From: Candidatus Latescibacterota bacterium
GTDB taxonomy: Bacteria > Latescibacterota > UBA2968 > GCA-2709665
Direction of reading: 5' to 3'
NCBI GenBank assembly: GCA_965226795.1
Contig: CBDDDZ010000005.1
Span: 1,888,001 to 1,952,000 of the forward strand
DNA: 64,000 nt
Positions 60,663 through 64,000 of this stretch are shown one piece after another. Positions within the stretch are counted from its first letter, which is position 1. Each line of letters opens with the position of its first letter. The notes under the pieces are model-generated. The model saw nothing but the letters and a program-made list of their open reading frames with translations. It did not search any database and was not told the origin of the DNA. The position numbers were made by a program, and so were the translations under genes.

Positions 60663-63284
60663 TTACCTTCCCAGTTGTGACCTGACGATCTGAGGAACTC
60701 GGGCAAGCGCGTCGGACATCTTCTCGGGATGCCTGCCCCCGGCCTGTGCCAGATGGGCTCGTCCGCCGCCGCCGCCGCCCACCAGTTCAGCCACTGCCTT
60801 GACGATATATCCCGCCTGCACGCCGCGCTGGATGAGGTCGTCCGTAACCACCGCGATCAGGGAGGCTTTGCCGTTCAGGGCCGCGCCCAGCACGCCCACG
60901 CCAGAGCCCAGGGTTTCCCGGAGCCGGTCGCCCATCTCCCGAAACGCCTCCATGTCCGCCGGCTGGACGGCCGTAGCCACCACGCGAACCCCCTCCACGT
61001 CCACGGCGGCGTCTGCCAGGTCGCGCATCCGCTCCCCGGCCGATGCGCTGCGCAGCGTTTGAATCGTCCGCTCGAGTTCCTTGCTTCGAGCGATCAATCG
61101 ATCCACGCGATCCGGTAACGCGTCGGCCTCCACGCTCAACATACCCTCCAGCGCGGCAAGGGTGTACCGCTGCCTTTCGATGAGAGCCTCCACGCCTGCC
61201 GCGGTGACCGCTTCCACCCGCCGCACGCCGGCCGCCGTGCCCGTCTCCGCCTTTAACTGCAGCATGCCGATTTGACCCGTCGATCCCACGTGGGTACCGC
61301 CACAGAGTTCCAGGCTGAAATCGCCGACCCGAACCGTCCGTACGATATCGCCGTATTTTTCGGAAAACAACATCCGCGCGCCTGTTCGACGCGCCTCTTC
61401 GAGGCCTACCGTATCGGTTTCAACGCCGAGATCCCGGCGGATCACCCGATTCACGATATGCGCTATCTTCTCCTGCTGGGCGGGCGAAACCGCTTCGAAG
61501 TGGTTGAAGTCGAACCGCAGCCGGTCCGGCGCAACCAGCGACCCGGCCTGATTCACGTGGTCTCCAAGCACCCGGCGAAGTGCCTCGTGGAGCAGGTGGG
61601 TGGCCGTATGGTTGCGGGCGATATCCATCCGGCGTCCGGCATCGACTCTTGTCTCCACCAGCGCGTCTTCCAGGGCGTCGGCACATCCCCGCGCCAGGCG
61701 CCCCCGGTGCACAATGCCAACACCCGACCGGAACGTCTCCTCGACCCGCACCTCCAGATCCCCGTTCCGAATCAGGCCCTGATCGCCCACCTGCCCGCCG
61801 GCTTCGGCGTAGAACGGCGTCTCTTTCAGATAGACGTCCACCCGTCCGTCCGCCGTGGATTTCCATGCCACGACACGCGTGTCGAGCGCCAGACGCTCGT
61901 ACCCGACAAACGCGGAATGTTCCCGCGGAAGGAAATCGTCGGACACCGCCTCCTGAGACGCGAAGACCCGCCGCCCCGCCTCCCGCGAGCGTGCCTGCTG
62001 GGCGGCCATCTCCTTTTTGAACCCGTCCAGGTCCACCTCCAGCCCGCGCTCGGCGCCTATGAGTTGCGTGAGGTCGATTGGAAAACCGTAGGTGTCATAT
62101 AAACGAAACGCATCCCGGCCGGAGATTTTCCCCTCCCGTGAAACGACCTCGAACATTTCCAGCCCCCGGTCGAGCGTCTTCCCGAACCCTTCTTCCTCGG
62201 TACGGATAACCCTGGAAATGTGATCGGCCTGTTCCGCTACCTCGGGAAACACGCCCCCCATGACCCGTGCGACGACAGGCACCAGCCCGTGAATGAACGG
62301 ATCGTGCATCTCCAACGTGCGCCCGTACCGCGCCGCACGCCTCAGGATGCGCCGCAGCACGTAGCCGCGCCCTTCGTTGGAAGGCAGCACTCCGTCCGCT
62401 ATTGCAAAACAGAGTGTGCGGATATGATCGGCGATGACCCGCATGGCCACCCGATGTTCATCGTTGCAGGGTTTCCCGGTGACCTCGCCGATCGCGGCAA
62501 GAATGGGCAGGAACAGATCGGTATCGTAAGTGGATTCCACCCCCTGGAGCACGGTACAGATGCGCTCGAACCCCAATCCGGTATCCACGTGTTTATCGGG
62601 CAACGGATGAAGGGCGCCTTCGGCATCCCGGTTGAACTGGATGAATACCAGATTCCAGATTTCAACCGTATCCGGCCCGGCGAGGTCCGGGCTTTCCCGG
62701 AACCACGACGCAGGATCGTCTCCCAGATAGTAGTGCACCTCCGAACACGGACCGCACGGCCCGGTCTCGCCCATCTGCCAGAAGTTGTCAGCCTTCCCCA
62801 GCCGAAGCACGCGTTCCGCCGGGAGGTCGGTCACCTCCGTCCACAGCGCTTCCGCCTCCTCGTCCGCGGCAAGCCCGTCGGCGGGATCTCCGCCAAATAC
62901 CGTGGCGCAGAGTCGATCCTTGGGAAGCTGCCACACCTCGGTCAGCAACTCCCAGGCCCAGGCGATGGCCTCCCGCTTGAAATAGTCTCCGAACGACCAG
63001 TTGCCCAGCATCTCGAAAAATGTATGATGCTGCGAACTGAAGCCCACCTCCTCCAGGTCGTTGTGATGCCCGGATACACGGATGCATTTCTGCGTATCCA
63101 CTGCCCGGCGGTAGTCCCGCCGGCCGGTACCCAGAAACACGTCCTTGAACTGATTCATCCCCGCATTTGTAAACAGGAGGGTGGCATCGCCTTGCGGCGC
63201 CACCGGCGCGCTCGGGACGATCGTATGACCCTTCCCCTCGAAAAACCGCAGATAGTCCGCCCGTATGTCGGTCGATGTTTTCAT
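60663..63284 (-). CDS. alaS: Alanine--tRNA ligase
   Basis: LLFTNAGMNQFK, HHTFFEMLGN, EIWNLVF, DTGLGFER, NHTATHLL, ELCGGTH, GGGGGR. Confidence 0.97.
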   Translation of the reverse strand: MKTSTDIRADYLRFFEGKGHTIVPSAPVAPQGDATLLFTNAGMNQFKDVFLGTGRRDYRRAVDTQKCIRVSGHHNDLEEVGFSSQHHTFFEMLGNWSFGDYFKREAIAWAWELLTEVWQLPKDRLCATVFGGDPADGLAADEEAEALWTEVTDLPAERVLRLGKADNFWQMGETGPCGPCSEVHYYLGDDPASWFRESPDLAGPDTVEIWNLVFIQFNRDAEGALHPLPDKHVDTGLGFERICTVLQGVESTYDTDLFLPILAAIGEVTGKPCNDEHRVAMRVIADHIRTLCFAIADGVLPSNEGRGYVLRRILRRAARYGRTLEMHDPFIHGLVPVVARVMGGVFPEVAEQADHISRVIRTEEEGFGKTLDRGLEMFEVVSREGKISGRDAFRLYDTYGFPIDLTQLIGAERGLEVDLDGFKKEMAAQQARSREAGRRVFASQEAVSDDFLPREHSAFVGYERLALDTRVVAWKSTADGRVDVYLKETPFYAEAGGQVGDQGLIRNGDLEVRVEETFRSGVGIVHRGRLARGCADALEDALVETRVDAGRRMDIARNHTATHLLHEALRRVLGDHVNQAGSLVAPDRLRFDFNHFEAVSPAQQEKIAHIVNRVIRRDLGVETDTVGLEEARRTGARMLFSEKYGDIVRTVRVGDFSLELCGGTHVGSTGQIGMLQLKAETGTAAGVRRVEAVTAAGVEALIERQRYTLAALEGMLSVEADALPDRVDRLIARSKELERTIQTLRSASAGERMRDLADAAVDVEGVRVVATAVQPADMEAFREMGDRLRETLGSGVGVLGAALNGKASLIAVVTDDLIQRGVQAGYIVKAVAELVGGGGGGRAHLAQAGGRHPEKMSDALARVPQIVRSQLGR

Positions 63285-63443
63285 GGTTCGAATTGGCAAT
63301 GATAAAGGTGTACGCCAATCACGGCACCCGATTCCGGACCGGGGACCGCATGCTTGCCTGTCGGATGCGGACAAAACCGGCCAATGATCCCGCCCTGAAG
63401 GTACGGGCGCCTTCGCGCAGGCGTTTCCAGGCGCGATTCCGGC

Positions 63444-63989
63444 TTACGCATCCGGCGCGCCATCGGGCCCGCTTTCGCCGAACTCCAGCCACGCCCGCTC
63501 CGCCGCGGCACGCGCCACGGCCCCGAGTCCGCGACGCCCCAGGAACCCGCACATCCGGGAAAGCGCCTTCCGCCGTTCAACGCCGTCGTAGCGCCGGCGG
63601 CGCGACCTCAGAAGATCCAGGGCGACCGCTTCGGGATCCACGCCCGCAAACACCTCATCCAGAACGTCCTCCGCGGTTCCCGGGTCGATTCCGCGTTTCT
63701 TCAGGTCGTGCCGGAGCAACGCCCGGCCGGCGGGTCGAAGACGCATGCGTTCCTGCACGAAGCGGAGGGCAAAATCCCGATCGTCAACCAGCTTCATCCG
63801 ACGCAACACATCGAGGGTCTGCTCGATCACGGACTCCTGAAACCCCCGCCGGCGCAGTTTTTCTTTCATTTCCGCGCACGAATACGCACGAGCGCTCAAG
63901 AGTCGAAACGCCGCGTTCTTCGCCTTCTCGAGGGTATCCTGGCGATCCGATGCCGGCACCGGACGGGAATTCGGTTTCATCGGCGGCAC
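63444..63989 (-). CDS. recX: Regulatory protein RecX
   Basis: AFRLLSARAYSCAEM, LVDDRDFA, LKKRGI, FLGRRG; upstream of alaS as in recA-recX-alaS. Confidence 0.9.
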   Translation of the reverse strand: MPPMKPNSRPVPASDRQDTLEKAKNAAFRLLSARAYSCAEMKEKLRRRGFQESVIEQTLDVLRRMKLVDDRDFALRFVQERMRLRPAGRALLRHDLKKRGIDPGTAEDVLDEVFAGVDPEAVALDLLRSRRRRYDGVERRKALSRMCGFLGRRGLGAVARAAAERAWLEFGESGPDGAPDA

Positions 63990-64000
63990 CTCGACAATTT

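Overview
GC-rich bacterial chromosome segment. Housekeeping blocks sit at both ends. The left end has an FtsX-type permease, a SpeD-SpeE fusion, catabolic enzymes and a 2-phosphoglycerate kinase. The right end has recX-alaS-GGGP synthase-ptsH-ptsI-metK-ahcY, an Omp85/DUF4390/NtrYX/beta-barrel operon and lutBC. Between them lies an accessory region (~15.3-44.1 kb) containing: (i) a ~1320-aa secreted metzincin/WD40/Ig/dockerin-like gene bracketed by ~105-bp direct repeats and split by an IS1380; (ii) a GmrSD-like DUF262-DUF1524 gene; (iii) a low-GC operon (secreted protein, matrixin-FlgD protease split by an IS3, Lgt paralogue, GT-C-like membrane protein, small ORF cut off by a second IS1380); (iv) an Rpn-family gene with an internal SD+ATG; (v) remnants of a group II intron RT and a REP-flanked RAYT; (vi) a Ser/Thr kinase-AAA-TPR-GAF-sigma54 activator followed by a full UAS-IHF-(-24/-12) promoter and a sensor-less sigma54 activator. 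The most striking unexplained structure is that part of an Ldh_2-family dehydrogenase gene occurs three times (full gene, ~570-bp 3' fragment, 21-26-bp core), and these copies bracket the cargo blocks. This suggests serial cargo capture at a protein-coding gene, with no integrase visible in the window. Domain vocabulary suggests an FCB-group organism such as Latescibacterota/Gemmatimonadota (inference only). No tRNA, rRNA or CRISPR array was seen. All calls are by-eye motif recognition; no searches were run.
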